A stretch of DNA of 64,000 nt, from the NCBI GenBank assembly GCA_010093995.1, contig ML992503.1:285662-349661 (forward strand), given 5' to 3'. Position numbers and translations under genes: made by a program. Each line of letters begins with the position of its first letter. Positions within the stretch are counted from its first letter, which is position 1. Below the pieces are notes generated by a model that worked only from the letters and a program-made list of their open reading frames with translations, was not told the DNA's origin and made no database searches. This DNA is from Elsinoe ampelina. Lineage: Eukaryota. This document shows positions 36,266 through 46,971 of the stretch, one piece after another.

Positions 36266-37085
36266 ATGTCTAGGAAAGGCCTCTATAATATAGTAGTAAG
36301 GCAAGCACGTTAGTAAGCCGAGCAAGCGCAGGTCGCTACTTAGGCCGTAGCATAAGTAGCAAAGACTATAGAAGAGTAGCAAAGACTATAAGAGTAAGTA
36401 CTAGATTATCTAATCTTAGAGTTGTAATTTCGCCTACAATTCTAGTAATTTAGAGGCTAACTATTATAGCTTTAATAACAAATAGTGCTATTCGACTACC
36501 ACGAACGATTAAGACTTCTAGCACGTTACAGACGACAAGTAGTAAAGCCTCTATCTTGCTCTAGAAGCTATAGAAGCTAGCGACAATACTAAGGCAAAGA
36601 AGATTGCCTTAATAAGCCTCCGCTATGTCGTTTACGCCGGCGAGATTATAGAGATAGAGAAGGGAGAGCTAGCACTAGCACTGTGCTACTAGTGTAGTTA
36701 TAAGGCTAAGGGGAATAATAGAGTAGATAGAGACTTAGAGGTTTATTACGTTTAGAAGGAGAAGAGTAAGAGTAAGTCGTATAGATACTATGTAAGGGAG
36801 AGTAAGGATCATTACTCGGCGCTAGCTAGAGAATCGTCGTCGGAATTGCAGGTTAAATCGCAAGATCTAGCGGAGTTAAAGACACGCTATAAGCTTCTAG
36901 AAGCTGTCTTATTAAAAGCCGTAGATACTATCTAGTAGTAAGAGAAGAGGATCCGCTAGCTAGAGGGCGCAGTCTTTAGTAAGAAGGAGAAGGAGGAAGG
37001 GGTTAATAAGATAGAGAGGGTAGAGGAGAGAGAGGTAGTAGTAGAGGATAAGGTGCTACTAGAGAATAAGGCCGAGGAGTTATAA
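36266..37085 (+). pseudogene. RIP-destroyed element gene A (Cys-cluster + coiled coil)
   Basis: ATG 36266 and a GTAAGT...GCTAAC...TAG intron. One continuous frame broken only by TAG/TAA at likely Gln/Trp codons, ending in an E/K-rich tail. Confidence 0.55.
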
Positions 37086-37149
37086 TTATAAACCTATAAT
37101 CATTAGCGAGGCGTTTAGTTGTATTATAATACCTAATAGAGCAAGGCAT

Positions 37150-38940
37150 GCCTTTTTGACTGTTAATACTACTCCTTATCGAGTCTTCTTAGTTGGCCTA
37201 GTCCTTCTCCTACTCCTCTATATACTAACTAACTACCTCTTTTGCTCGGCACTAGTTACAAAGTCTTCCGGCTAAATAATATCTACATCTAGCGGTTGGT
37301 CTTAATAAGTTAAAGAAGCCTAGCGCCTTTCCGGAGCTTAAGATTGCCGTGTTATAGTAGTAGAAGACTTTTTAGCCCCTTAAGTTGTTGCTAGTAGTAG
37401 GTTAAATTCAACCGACCTAAAGACGTCTCTATAGTCGGAAGGGGTTAGAGTAGGTAAAGCACTCTAGCTACGCCCCTTTAAAGCCTCTAGTGGATTAAAC
37501 CATCGAAACTCGCTAGTTAACAAGTCTATAATACATATTAAGGTTAGTAGTTAGTATAGATCGATCGTCTATAACGTCTAACTACGCTTATTCTTAATAG
37601 CTACCTCGGCGGTAGGTAGACTAGTTATTACAGCTGTTAGTGCTTGTATAAATAATAGAGGACTATTAGCATTATAATTAATAAAGTCTACTTCGAATTA
37701 AGTAACGCCTCTAAGAGAAGACTTACGCTATAATTTAGAGAGTATAAATCGCTACTCGATTTGCTAAAGCCTTACATTAATAACAGATTATATATGCGCG
37801 TAATATGCCGCGTTAGTCTCCTTAATTAAGCGAACTAGATTGTTAGCTAGATTATAAGATATATCGCGAGATAGATCGTAAGATAGATTACGAGATAAAT
37901 TATAAGCTAGAGTTGTACGAGATAGAGGCTAAGTTAGAGGCTAAGATAGACGCTAAGATATAACACTAGTTCGAGGTTGCAATTTACGCGCGATTAAGCT
38001 ACAATTCGACGCTAGGGGATAGCTAGTCTTCGCACGTTTATAGAAGATAGAAACCTCCTTAATAGCTTAGTCTAATATCTCGTCGGTTTTGTATTTATAA
38101 ACTAGCTTAATGTACCTCCTTTTGTTTAATCCGGCGCCGCTAGTGCTAAAAGCCTTAAGTAGCTCTTCTAGAGAGTCGCGGTAGAGTATATACTACATTA
38201 GTATAATTAGCCTATTATCTATATTAAAGTCGTTAACGAGGTAGTAATCTACGTAACTATTAAATATCTCTTTACTATACCGCTCTAGATTAAAGAAGGT
38301 CTAGTTCTCTATATAGAAAGCGATTAAATCGCATAAGCGATACTAATAGTTCGAATCGCTAGGGGCAATCGTAGGTAGAGTAATATCCGGCGCGAGAGTA
38401 CTCTAGAGCGTAACAATATATTGTCTCTTATAGACTATAACTCTATTATAGTTTAAACTACGCGTAATCTTAAAGATGTCGACGAGAATATACGTTGACG
38501 CCTTCTAACTCTTTACGTGCTAAGTTAGTAGCCTTATAGCTTTAGATTTTAAGGTAGTAGTATAGGTAGCTACTAGCAGCTTAAAGCTAGAGCGATATAG
38601 ATTAGCGGTAGTTATAGGACAGCTAGATTACTAAGGCGGCGGCAGTAACGACAAGAGCTATATAGTCGAAGTTAGAGGGACTAGAGGAGGTAGTATAACT
38701 AGGGTAGGTCGACGCGAGTCGCTAAGAATTATAGAGGTAACTCGCTTATAGGCGACTAATAGCTAACGTAACAACGAGGCTATCGATTCTCGTTAAAAAG
38801 GCCTCCTATTACTACGATAGTAAGGATTAACTATATTGCACTAGCCGCATCTAGTATATCTCTCTAGTATGTCGACGTAGCTAAGAGACATTAAAGCCTT
38901 AGTGTAGAGGGTAATCTAACGATTAATAATTAAAGCTATA
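37150..38940 (-). pseudogene. RIP-destroyed element gene B (low-complexity, Pro/Ser-rich after de-RIP; boundaries approximate)
   Basis: Long minus-strand frames interrupted by RIP-type stops, with 12-bp periodic repeats at about 37860-37960. Confidence 0.4.
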
Positions 38941-39199
38941 ACAACTAGAAAGCAAAAGGGATAAGATTAGAAGGATAAACAAGTAGGGGAAACGCGTTTT
39001 TATAATAGTAATTACTGCGGTAAGTTGCTAAGTCATTAGTATAATTCACTTAGTAATTCTAGTAGCCTTCTCCCCCTAAATACGTCGAAATTCGTCCGAT
39101 AGCATAAAAGACCCTAGCTAATTATCTTCGTACGCGTATAGCCTTATTAATTTAGTTAGAAGAGGCTTAGCTCCTATAGCAATATAAAATCGAGCCTAG

Positions 39200-40546
39200 T
39201 TATAGAGAAGCTAATATATAGCTATATAAACTTTGTTACTATTGTCGAAGATAGTATAACTATTAAAATTAGCAAATTCTCTAGCTATAAGTATAGTTTT
39301 ATACCACTAAAGAGTATTAGCTAGTAGATATTCGTTAGGATTTAGAAATTTGTCAATCTGCAATTCGGTAGCGATTTACACTATAATTCGTATATTAAAA
39401 TTTTATAAGTTTGCCTAGTACTCTTCGATTAGTAGTAGCGGTACTTTAACTCTAGAGTAAACTCCTCTACGGCGCTCTAGATAGCTATAATTCAGCTCTA
39501 GCACTCTAGAGACTGTCTATAGCCTCCTCCTCGTCTAATTCCGGATAGCTCTATAATTGTAAGTCTAGGTAAAGGTCTCTATCTCTTGTCGAATAATTAG
39601 TATATAGACGGCGAGAAAGGTAACTCTATTAGGTAAGGAGCTTACTATAAATCCTTAATCGGCTATAAGATCGGTGAAGTAAGCTCTCTAAGGATCTAGC
39701 TACCTTGCCTACTAACTCTAGTATACCTTAATCTACTAGTTCGAACGAGAGGTACTATACCGGAAGTAATCCTCGAAGTGTAAGGGGGCTAAGTAATTAC
39801 CTCTAGGTGGCCGAATAGCTTAACTTAGTTCGTAATAGAGGTTAGCGACTTAGATAGTCTCTGTACTACAATCTATAACGAGTTAGTGTAGCATTATACT
39901 ACTAGCTACAATCGCTGCTAGGTATTAGACTACTACGGATTATTAAGTATATCTAGAGATACCGTAGTAGATCTAGATAACCTATCGTAACTACGTATCG
40001 ATTGCTCTATATATCTATAGCCCCTAATGCTCGAATTTGCAATAAGTATCTATATACTATACGAAATCTAGACTAGTAGAATAATTAACTAGCTAGTTGA
40101 CTCGAAGGCGTCGTCTACGATGCTTAAAGTCCTCTAGATAAAGGAAACGAGATATAGTAGTTATATAGTAACTACGTGTAGTATTAGCGATTCTCTCGGC
40201 AATTCTACCCCCTTAAATCGCACTTATATTCCAACAAGATTATACTACTACCTTATGTAGGTATATATTATACTTCGTCTATATACCTTAATATTGTCTT
40301 ACTTATACTTATACTATAATGCCTTAAGTATTATAGTATCTCTATGCTCCTTATCGCTCTTACTTAACTCTACCTACTTCTAGAGGCCTATATTACAGCA
40401 GATGTGTCGGAGGCCTTTAAGGCTAAGTTCGTAGCTGTCCTCTTAGAGAAGCTTAAGTATATAGCTATCTATAATACAGTAGTCGAAGAAGAGCTACTAG
40501 ATGCGCTCTCGTAGCTTAGGGGTGTTATTAGTCTTAGGGCAAGCTA
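39200..40546 (+). pseudogene. RIP-destroyed element gene C (unknown globular protein; boundaries approximate)
   Basis: Plus-strand protein-like frames (e.g. LLEAYITADVSEAFKAKFVAVLLEKLK) with RIP-type stops and a GTAAGT donor near 39559. Confidence 0.4.
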
Positions 40547-40906
40547 ATACTCCCTAATCCTTTAAGCGTCTTACTAGAGTAATATAGCTTATTATAATAC
40601 TATACTCTTAAAGAATCTTAACTACGTTGTCTCTAGTATAGCGCTCTAAGGTTATCTAGTCGGTAATACTCTCTTACTAGCTGTCAATGTTAATCCCTAG
40701 TCGAGGCATTATTTATTCGGGCAGAGGAAAAGTTTAAAGAGCAATTACGTAAGGATAGTTATAGTTATAATTATGAAAATTAAAGAAAATAATAGCGCTA
40801 ATAGTTCTCTACCACTTACTGTTGATCTGATGATTTAATAATCAGTGTTGGTGAAGTTGGCCATTTTAGGAAGGATAATAATCCTTATTGAGAAGTGGAG
40901 TTGGAA

Positions 40907-40927
40907 GAGTTTTGATACAAGGGTCAC
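40907..40927 (-). repeat. Right terminal inverted repeat
   Basis: GAGTTTTGATACAAGGGTCAC, the reverse complement of the left TIR. Confidence 0.95.
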
Positions 40928-41509
40928 AATTTACACCCATACAATGCCCCATGTCCGTGGAGCTTAGTAACAGTATCCTTGCCGTGCTCGTCTGAGACAG
41001 AGTCGCAGGCCAGCCAGCTTCGATGAATGTATCTTGAAGGTCATTGTCGCCATCTCAGCCTCACTTCGGACCGGGACAACGGCCAGTGCGCACGTCTGGC
41101 TCATCGGCAGTTTGGTCCGAAGAGATGAGAGGTCGTGCGGACGAGAAGTCTCTCGGTAGGCATGACGGGCACTGGCGCAGGTGCCAGTGGTACAGCCGAT
41201 AGTCGCGAGCAGTGTGGTATCTTGCATCAGAGCGGTGTCCAAATATTCGTGGAGAAGCGCGGCAGGATGGCAGCTATTGTTGCAACTCTCATCGAGTTGA
41301 TCATAATCTGCATTTGGGATTGTGATTGGTGGGAGACAGGCGTGAGCTCCGATGAAAGTCCATAATCGCAATCTCCGCGCCGCCCTTTGACGTGTCGTGC
41401 ATTGGCGCAGCAAGGGCGCTTACTGAGTCATGGCAGTGCTCCAGTATGATATAAGATAGTTATGTGAATCCGTTCTCCGGCCTGATCTCCACTTTGCCAA
41501 CCGCTCGCG

Positions 41510-42904
41510 ATGCGTATCGCACCTAGTCCCCACGAGGGTCTCTGCGACGAGATCCCCGAGACGCCACCGGCGGTGAGCACCTCGTCCATTCTGCGCGCGT
41601 GTGCGGCCAGTGGGACTATTTCGTTCAGCATCACCGGCATAATGACCATCCTCGGAGCGCATCGAAGTGGCGCACACACCCGCCTCACTGCTGTCAGCAG
41701 TATTCTCCTCACGGGGGTATTAATTTGGGACCGAACACGGACGGATCGCGAGGAGCGCTCGTTCCTCAGGTCGCGTAACATCGAAATACCCCCACGCAGA
41801 TGGATCGATCGACTGCAACACCTTGACGGTGACGGTATTCTGTTGTGTAGTGGCCTTCTCGGTGTAGCGACAAGGCTGGGAACCCCAAAGTCCCTCTTCA
41901 GCCCGCTGCATAAGCGTTACATCAACTCCCTGATTTCCAACGACATTATCAAGGCAAACCAAAGCCCCCTGCGTGCAGGTCGCGTGGTGCAGGCGACCAG
42001 GTGGGAAACGGGTCTCGCAGCCTTCAGCTATGGCACGGCTCTCGCTCTCGGGTCTCTGTTTTTCTTGACCCCGAAAAATGTATTTGCCATTCCGAGTATG
42101 ATCGGCCATGCCCAAGGAGATGTGCGCCGCTTAGCGCGAGCTGGGCTCACAATCAACGATGTCTCGGAGATCCCATCTATGGCTTGTGAACAACCTCAAA
42201 CAGATATGCGCATGCCCGAGCCTTTGGAACAAGATTATCTGCCGAGTAATGGTCCGGACAACATGGATATGGACCCAAAGGATGCTCGAAGCGGTTCGTC
42301 CGGACATGCAAGATCGAGGCTGTTCCGCATTCTGCGGCGCGTCACTCCAGATAGCGTCTCCAACGACGAAGTCAATGCAATGATGATCGAGGGTCGAATT
42401 CCGCGCCCAGAGGCCCTCACAAAGGAGTTCGATCGCCTTGTTGAAGTTCAGACTATGGTTGGTAGATTGAGAAGAAACAAAGGCCGGTGTATGGAGAATT
42501 GGTTCATGAGGCAGGATGACACTCCAGCCAGGCTCGCACTGCTATCTTTAATCGAACAAAGTGTGCGGAACGACATAGCTGAGATCACAGCGCTGATCGC
42601 CAAAGCCAAGAGGTCTCCAAGTCGAGTGGCTGTCCCTGTCTCTTCTGGTTTCACTGTCAAGGAGGTATTGGAACCGCAGGGTCCACCTGGGCAATTGACC
42701 ATTGAGCGTGTTCTGAGTTGGACCTTGGCAGAATGTCGACGGAAGATCGAGAAGACGTCGAGTTATCCATCGGACGAGGATCGAGCATCAGCTGTACGGG
42801 CGCAAGCCATTGCTGATGAGAGTGTCCAATTGAGGTTCGAGTTGAATCATTTCAGCATATTCTTCGAGTTCTTCTGGCTGAAAAATCTTCTGGGCAGGGA
42901 CTAG
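41510..42904 (+). CDS. Uncharacterised membrane + coiled-coil protein, family member 3
   Basis: 464-aa intronless ORF. The motif FLRSRNIEIPPRRWIDRLQHLDGDGILLCSGLLG aligns by eye with members 1 and 2. Confidence 0.75.
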   Translation: MRIAPSPHEGLCDEIPETPPAVSTSSILRACAASGTISFSITGIMTILGAHRSGAHTRLTAVSSILLTGVLIWDRTRTDREERSFLRSRNIEIPPRRWIDRLQHLDGDGILLCSGLLGVATRLGTPKSLFSPLHKRYINSLISNDIIKANQSPLRAGRVVQATRWETGLAAFSYGTALALGSLFFLTPKNVFAIPSMIGHAQGDVRRLARAGLTINDVSEIPSMACEQPQTDMRMPEPLEQDYLPSNGPDNMDMDPKDARSGSSGHARSRLFRILRRVTPDSVSNDEVNAMMIEGRIPRPEALTKEFDRLVEVQTMVGRLRRNKGRCMENWFMRQDDTPARLALLSLIEQSVRNDIAEITALIAKAKRSPSRVAVPVSSGFTVKEVLEPQGPPGQLTIERVLSWTLAECRRKIEKTSSYPSDEDRASAVRAQAIADESVQLRFELNHFSIFFEFFWLKNLLGRD

Positions 42905-43594
42905 CATATGCAATTTGCCTGTCCAAAAGTCTTCTGATGCCACACCTTCTGGTCCGACTCGCCGTTTGGACGGCTTTTCTGAATACGACATGGCAAGATA
43001 ATTGATACATACCAGATCGTTACGAACCTCTTCACATTCTGTGTCTGGTACAAGGGGCAACACATGATGATAAAGCACGTCAAGGAAGACTCAATAGTCA
43101 CAACTACACCGACAAATCGTGTCAAGTACACGCACCTTCCTAGATCATTACACCAAGTACTTGGCTTCACTCCCCAACCACTGAGCAACAGTGGGAGTCG
43201 GATCTCGCAGAGGCAATTACTTGTCGACCAAGCGATACAGCAGACTCGTCTTAGCTCCGCTACTTTCGTGCTTTCGCGACCTGCGAGTGGTCCCAAGAAG
43301 AGAAGCGCAGCCTCGTTCAGATCTACAGAGACATCTCTACAGCATACAGCACACCGGTCAAGGCAAATGCGAGCAGATAGCTCACGTCCAGGTCAAAGGA
43401 GATGGCACAAAAGACGGTCGAGATGATGGCGAAGAAGGAGCCGACCCTCCAAGCCCATAGCTACCCCAAGACACAGCCGGCACTCAATTCACGCATACCG
43501 GTGAAACATGATGTGCATCAGGCATACTATATGTACATTACTAATCCTTCTTGGTATCATGCTAATCTATCATACAAATTCCCCGGCACATTGC

Positions 43595-46500
43595 CTAAGC
43601 CCTGTTCGCGCTCTGGTACATCTCCACCTTGAACGCATCTCCCTCCGCACGAGGCTCTTTGCCCGAGCCATGGTATATCTCCACGTTGAAAGCCAGTTCT
43701 GTTCCCTCCTGACCTGTCCTTGTTCGTCTCCCTTGGACTACGGTGATGACGTCTCCGTGGTAGAGTCGTCCGAAGAGGAGGCGACCTTTCTCGTCTGTCT
43801 TGGTCAGCCGCTTCCCGTTGACATGGATGCCGTGACGGCTCTGCGTCGCTATGGTGCAACCTAGGTCCGGGAATTTGGTCCAGTCCTGGCCGGAATCCGC
43901 GACATCGTCGGTCAATCCGGGGGCGTTAAAGAAGATGATGATGCCACATTTGGGGACGCGGGTGTCGCTCTGATTCTCGTATGCGTATGTGTTGTCCGGG
44001 GCACGGCCCCAAGTAGTGATCCGCTGTGTCAATTTGATCTCGATGTGGCTGAAGGAGTCTGCCGTGGTGACGAGCTGTCCGAGACGGGGAGGTGGGACCA
44101 CGAATTTGGCCGAGGAAGCCAGCGAAGTGGCATCTGTCACCGTGTCTTTCCTCTGACTGCGGATAACCGGAGCGTCAAGGTCATCCTCATCCGATTCTGC
44201 CTTGGTATCTGACGCCTCCAACGGCGCCGATTGCGTAATTTGATCATGAGATCCTGCAGCCATGGCGGCCACACGAGCGAAAGAGTCGAAATGGATAGAT
44301 GAGACAGTGGGATTTGCGGAAAAGTCGTGACCGGACTGTATGGACGCATATTCGGGATTGTGAGTGCTAGGGTCATTGGGATCATACCAGTATGCGGCAG
44401 GAAAGTCTAGCTGAATCTGACGACGGAAGGGTACAGGACGAGGTGTGATTTCGTGAGCCTTTGTTGGTGTCTCCTCGAAAATGTCGCCATTGCTGTCCAA
44501 GTTGGTCTGCTTTCCGTTCGGTGGGTCAGGCGTACGTGGCTCGTTAGCATCTGCTGAAGGAGAGTTGTCGGAACGAGGCGAGTCCATGTTAAGGTCTCTA
44601 ACCATTGACTCAGCTCCAAGCAGACTATTGTTACCGACCTGACGACTCAGAGCAAAAGAGTCTGGTCTGCCTTGTTCTCCTGCAGACTTGCCTAGATGTG
44701 ACGAGCCATTTGACATGTTACCCGAGCTGTGACCAGCGCCATGAACATTGTCCCCGGCATTGACAGCCACAGACCCTGGTTCATTCAGCATCGAAGTCGT
44801 GACCTCGCCGAACAGCATTGGACGACGCGGCTGACCCTGGGATATCCCCTCAAATCTGGCATGTCCACCTGAGCTACTTGATCCGGACGGCTGACTTTGT
44901 GACTTCTGATGCTTGAGCCGTTTCGACTCTCGAGGATCAAGAAAGTCCAGGTCCGAGGAGTCGAAGCTGATTTCTCCTGCACCAAGCGACCCCTCGTCGA
45001 TCCTAAGCTGCGAGAGATCAGGTTCCTCGTTCTCTTTGCCATCAGAGTCCTCTTCCTCCTCATCGATAGCACCGAGCTCGCTCTGGTCCCGCACATCTGT
45101 TCCCCGTTCAACTAATCCATCGAACCAAGGATGCTGCAGGCATTGAGCAGGTGTCGGACGATCCGCCGGATTTGTGTTGAGCATATGGTAGAGAAGGTCG
45201 ATGGCATCAGTCTGTACTCCATGTTCCAGCAGTGGATTGGGATTGAGCAAGGTGTGCATGATCATGTCGAACATACCCTTACCATTGGTGTCCATAACAC
45301 CCTCGAAAGGGGTCTTGCCGCAAAGAGCATACCACAGGACAGCGCCGAAGGACCAGACATCCACAGATTGGCTATAAGAGTGATAAGTCTTCTGGTTGGA
45401 AGCAGTCCTGCGCTGACGCTTGAGACCACCGTTTTGAGCGACATGAGCGTCGTAATGTGGGAAGACCTCTGGAGCACAGTAGAGTAATGTACCACAGAAA
45501 GTCTTTAAGAAAGTTTCATTGTCTTTGACCACTTTGGATAGTCCAAAGTCCGAGAGCTTGACCCAAAAGTTATCGGGATCAGTATTAGCGATCAGGATAT
45601 TGTCTGGCTTGATGTCGCGATGCGTGATACGCTTCGTGTGCAGGTAAGACAAAGCGCTGAGGACTTGGACAGACATGGACTTTGCCATGGATTCGGAAAG
45701 AGGACCGTTGTTGGAGATGTATTGCTGAAGGTCACCACACCCAACAAACTCCATAATGATGTAGAGATGCTTGTCGTGGTCGTGATACTCGACGTACTGG
45801 ACGATGTTTGGATGGCTCAGATCTTTCATGATCTGCATCTCGTTGTCGAGCTTGCGGTCCAGGACACCGTTCTTCATGAACTTGCGCTTTTCAAGTTCCT
45901 TGGCGGCATAGAGAATGCCATCTGCCTTGGTGGCTAGCTGGAAGACGGTCGCGAACGCTCCTTTTCCCAGATGCCCAACCACGTTGTACTTTGAGCCTCC
46001 ATTCCAGCGCATACCCCAGTCGTTCCTGTTGAAAGGCTGACGAGTACCAGGGAGGGTGATGACTCTTGTCGGCACTCCGGCCGGTCTTTGGGGCTGTTGT
46101 ACTGTCTGTATCTGCTTCTCGTGTGCGGCTTGAGCTTGGGCGGCACTAGCAGCCTCAACAGCGGTGACTTCCTGCATATATGACCTGAAATTGTCCTCGT
46201 ACTCTTTCTCGAAGCCATTCCGCTGCGGAATACGGACGATGAATTTGATGACCTCGTCAGGCTTGGAGGATAGAATTTGGATGACCGATCCAGACTTGAG
46301 CATACGGGTGCGAGCAATGTTCAGATTCGGCTTTCCTTGGAGCAGTACGTCGTCGACGAGGGTGCCATTGGTGGATATATCTTGAAGCATGAGGACGCCT
46401 TGGTGGTTCATGAATATGCGGAAATGTATGTTACTGACTCGACGGATAGTATCCGTGTCGAAGATCAGGTCACACTGGTTGATGTTCCGGCCGAAAATGA

Positions 46501-46792
46501 AGCCATTAGCAACATTCTTGACAGGGGCGGAGAAGCGGAGAGCGAGATCCATAGCAACCCTTGGTTCATTTTCTGGTAGGATGAGTTGGAAGTCGTCGAA
46601 TTGCAAGACATGCTTTGGCTGCCGCCTGGCGGTACGGGCAACGATTTCGAGAGCCGCATCCGAGGCAGGGTGCAGAATACAGATCACATCTGCTATGTCG
46701 GCCGAGTCGAGGTCCGAAAAGTGGTTGCCAGTGCGTCGCGGGTCGAAGGCCTTTTGCGTCAACTCTTGCGTCTGGGATGGTACGAATGCCAT
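43595..46792 (-). CDS. RAD53: Checkpoint kinase Rad53/Chk2 (FHA-kinase-FHA); possible 5' extension to 47183
   Basis: N-terminal SQ/TQ cluster (SQTQELTQ), FHA1 (FGRN...SNIH...STNGT), kinase (GKGAFA, AAKE, HRDIKPDN, DFG, APE) and FHA2 (WGR...HGIHVNG). Confidence 0.92.
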   Translation of the reverse strand: MAFVPSQTQELTQKAFDPRRTGNHFSDLDSADIADVICILHPASDAALEIVARTARRQPKHVLQFDDFQLILPENEPRVAMDLALRFSAPVKNVANGFIFGRNINQCDLIFDTDTIRRVSNIHFRIFMNHQGVLMLQDISTNGTLVDDVLLQGKPNLNIARTRMLKSGSVIQILSSKPDEVIKFIVRIPQRNGFEKEYEDNFRSYMQEVTAVEAASAAQAQAAHEKQIQTVQQPQRPAGVPTRVITLPGTRQPFNRNDWGMRWNGGSKYNVVGHLGKGAFATVFQLATKADGILYAAKELEKRKFMKNGVLDRKLDNEMQIMKDLSHPNIVQYVEYHDHDKHLYIIMEFVGCGDLQQYISNNGPLSESMAKSMSVQVLSALSYLHTKRITHRDIKPDNILIANTDPDNFWVKLSDFGLSKVVKDNETFLKTFCGTLLYCAPEVFPHYDAHVAQNGGLKRQRRTASNQKTYHSYSQSVDVWSFGAVLWYALCGKTPFEGVMDTNGKGMFDMIMHTLLNPNPLLEHGVQTDAIDLLYHMLNTNPADRPTPAQCLQHPWFDGLVERGTDVRDQSELGAIDEEEEDSDGKENEEPDLSQLRIDEGSLGAGEISFDSSDLDFLDPRESKRLKHQKSQSQPSGSSSSGGHARFEGISQGQPRRPMLFGEVTTSMLNEPGSVAVNAGDNVHGAGHSSGNMSNGSSHLGKSAGEQGRPDSFALSRQVGNNSLLGAESMVRDLNMDSPRSDNSPSADANEPRTPDPPNGKQTNLDSNGDIFEETPTKAHEITPRPVPFRRQIQLDFPAAYWYDPNDPSTHNPEYASIQSGHDFSANPTVSSIHFDSFARVAAMAAGSHDQITQSAPLEASDTKAESDEDDLDAPVIRSQRKDTVTDATSLASSAKFVVPPPRLGQLVTTADSFSHIEIKLTQRITTWGRAPDNTYAYENQSDTRVPKCGIIIFFNAPGLTDDVADSGQDWTKFPDLGCTIATQSRHGIHVNGKRLTKTDEKGRLLFGRLYHGDVITVVQGRRTRTGQEGTELAFNVEIYHGSGKEPRAEGDAFKVEMYQSANRA

Positions 46793-46971
46793 GTTGTGGC
46801 AGTTTTGACTTACATAGACGTGCTTCGTCGTGAGACCCCCAGCCCTCTCCGCAGTCTTCGCTTGCGTCGCGACGACTGTGAAGTGGGGCCGGGGGTCTCG
46901 GCTTCTGTGCACCCCCTCCCTGATCATCGTCAACGCCGCCCAATGGAACCATCACAGAATGAAACACATAC

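Larger units (their letters stand above)
35911..40927. mobile_element. 5017-bp RIP-inactivated TIR element flanked by AATT on both sides; superfamily unassigned
   Basis: Perfect 21-bp inverted repeats at both ends, AATT at 35907..35910 and 40928..40931, and an AT-rich TpA-enriched interior with no ORF in the supplied track. Confidence 0.92.

Noticed and set aside
17614..43000. Starship-type giant element
   Set aside because: No tyrosine-recombinase captain seen, and housekeeping genes such as REX1 are interleaved.
46566..46971. 3' part of the unspliced 205-aa ORF 46566..47183
   Set aside because: Reads through a canonical intron and overlaps RAD53 out of frame. The spliced model fits better.
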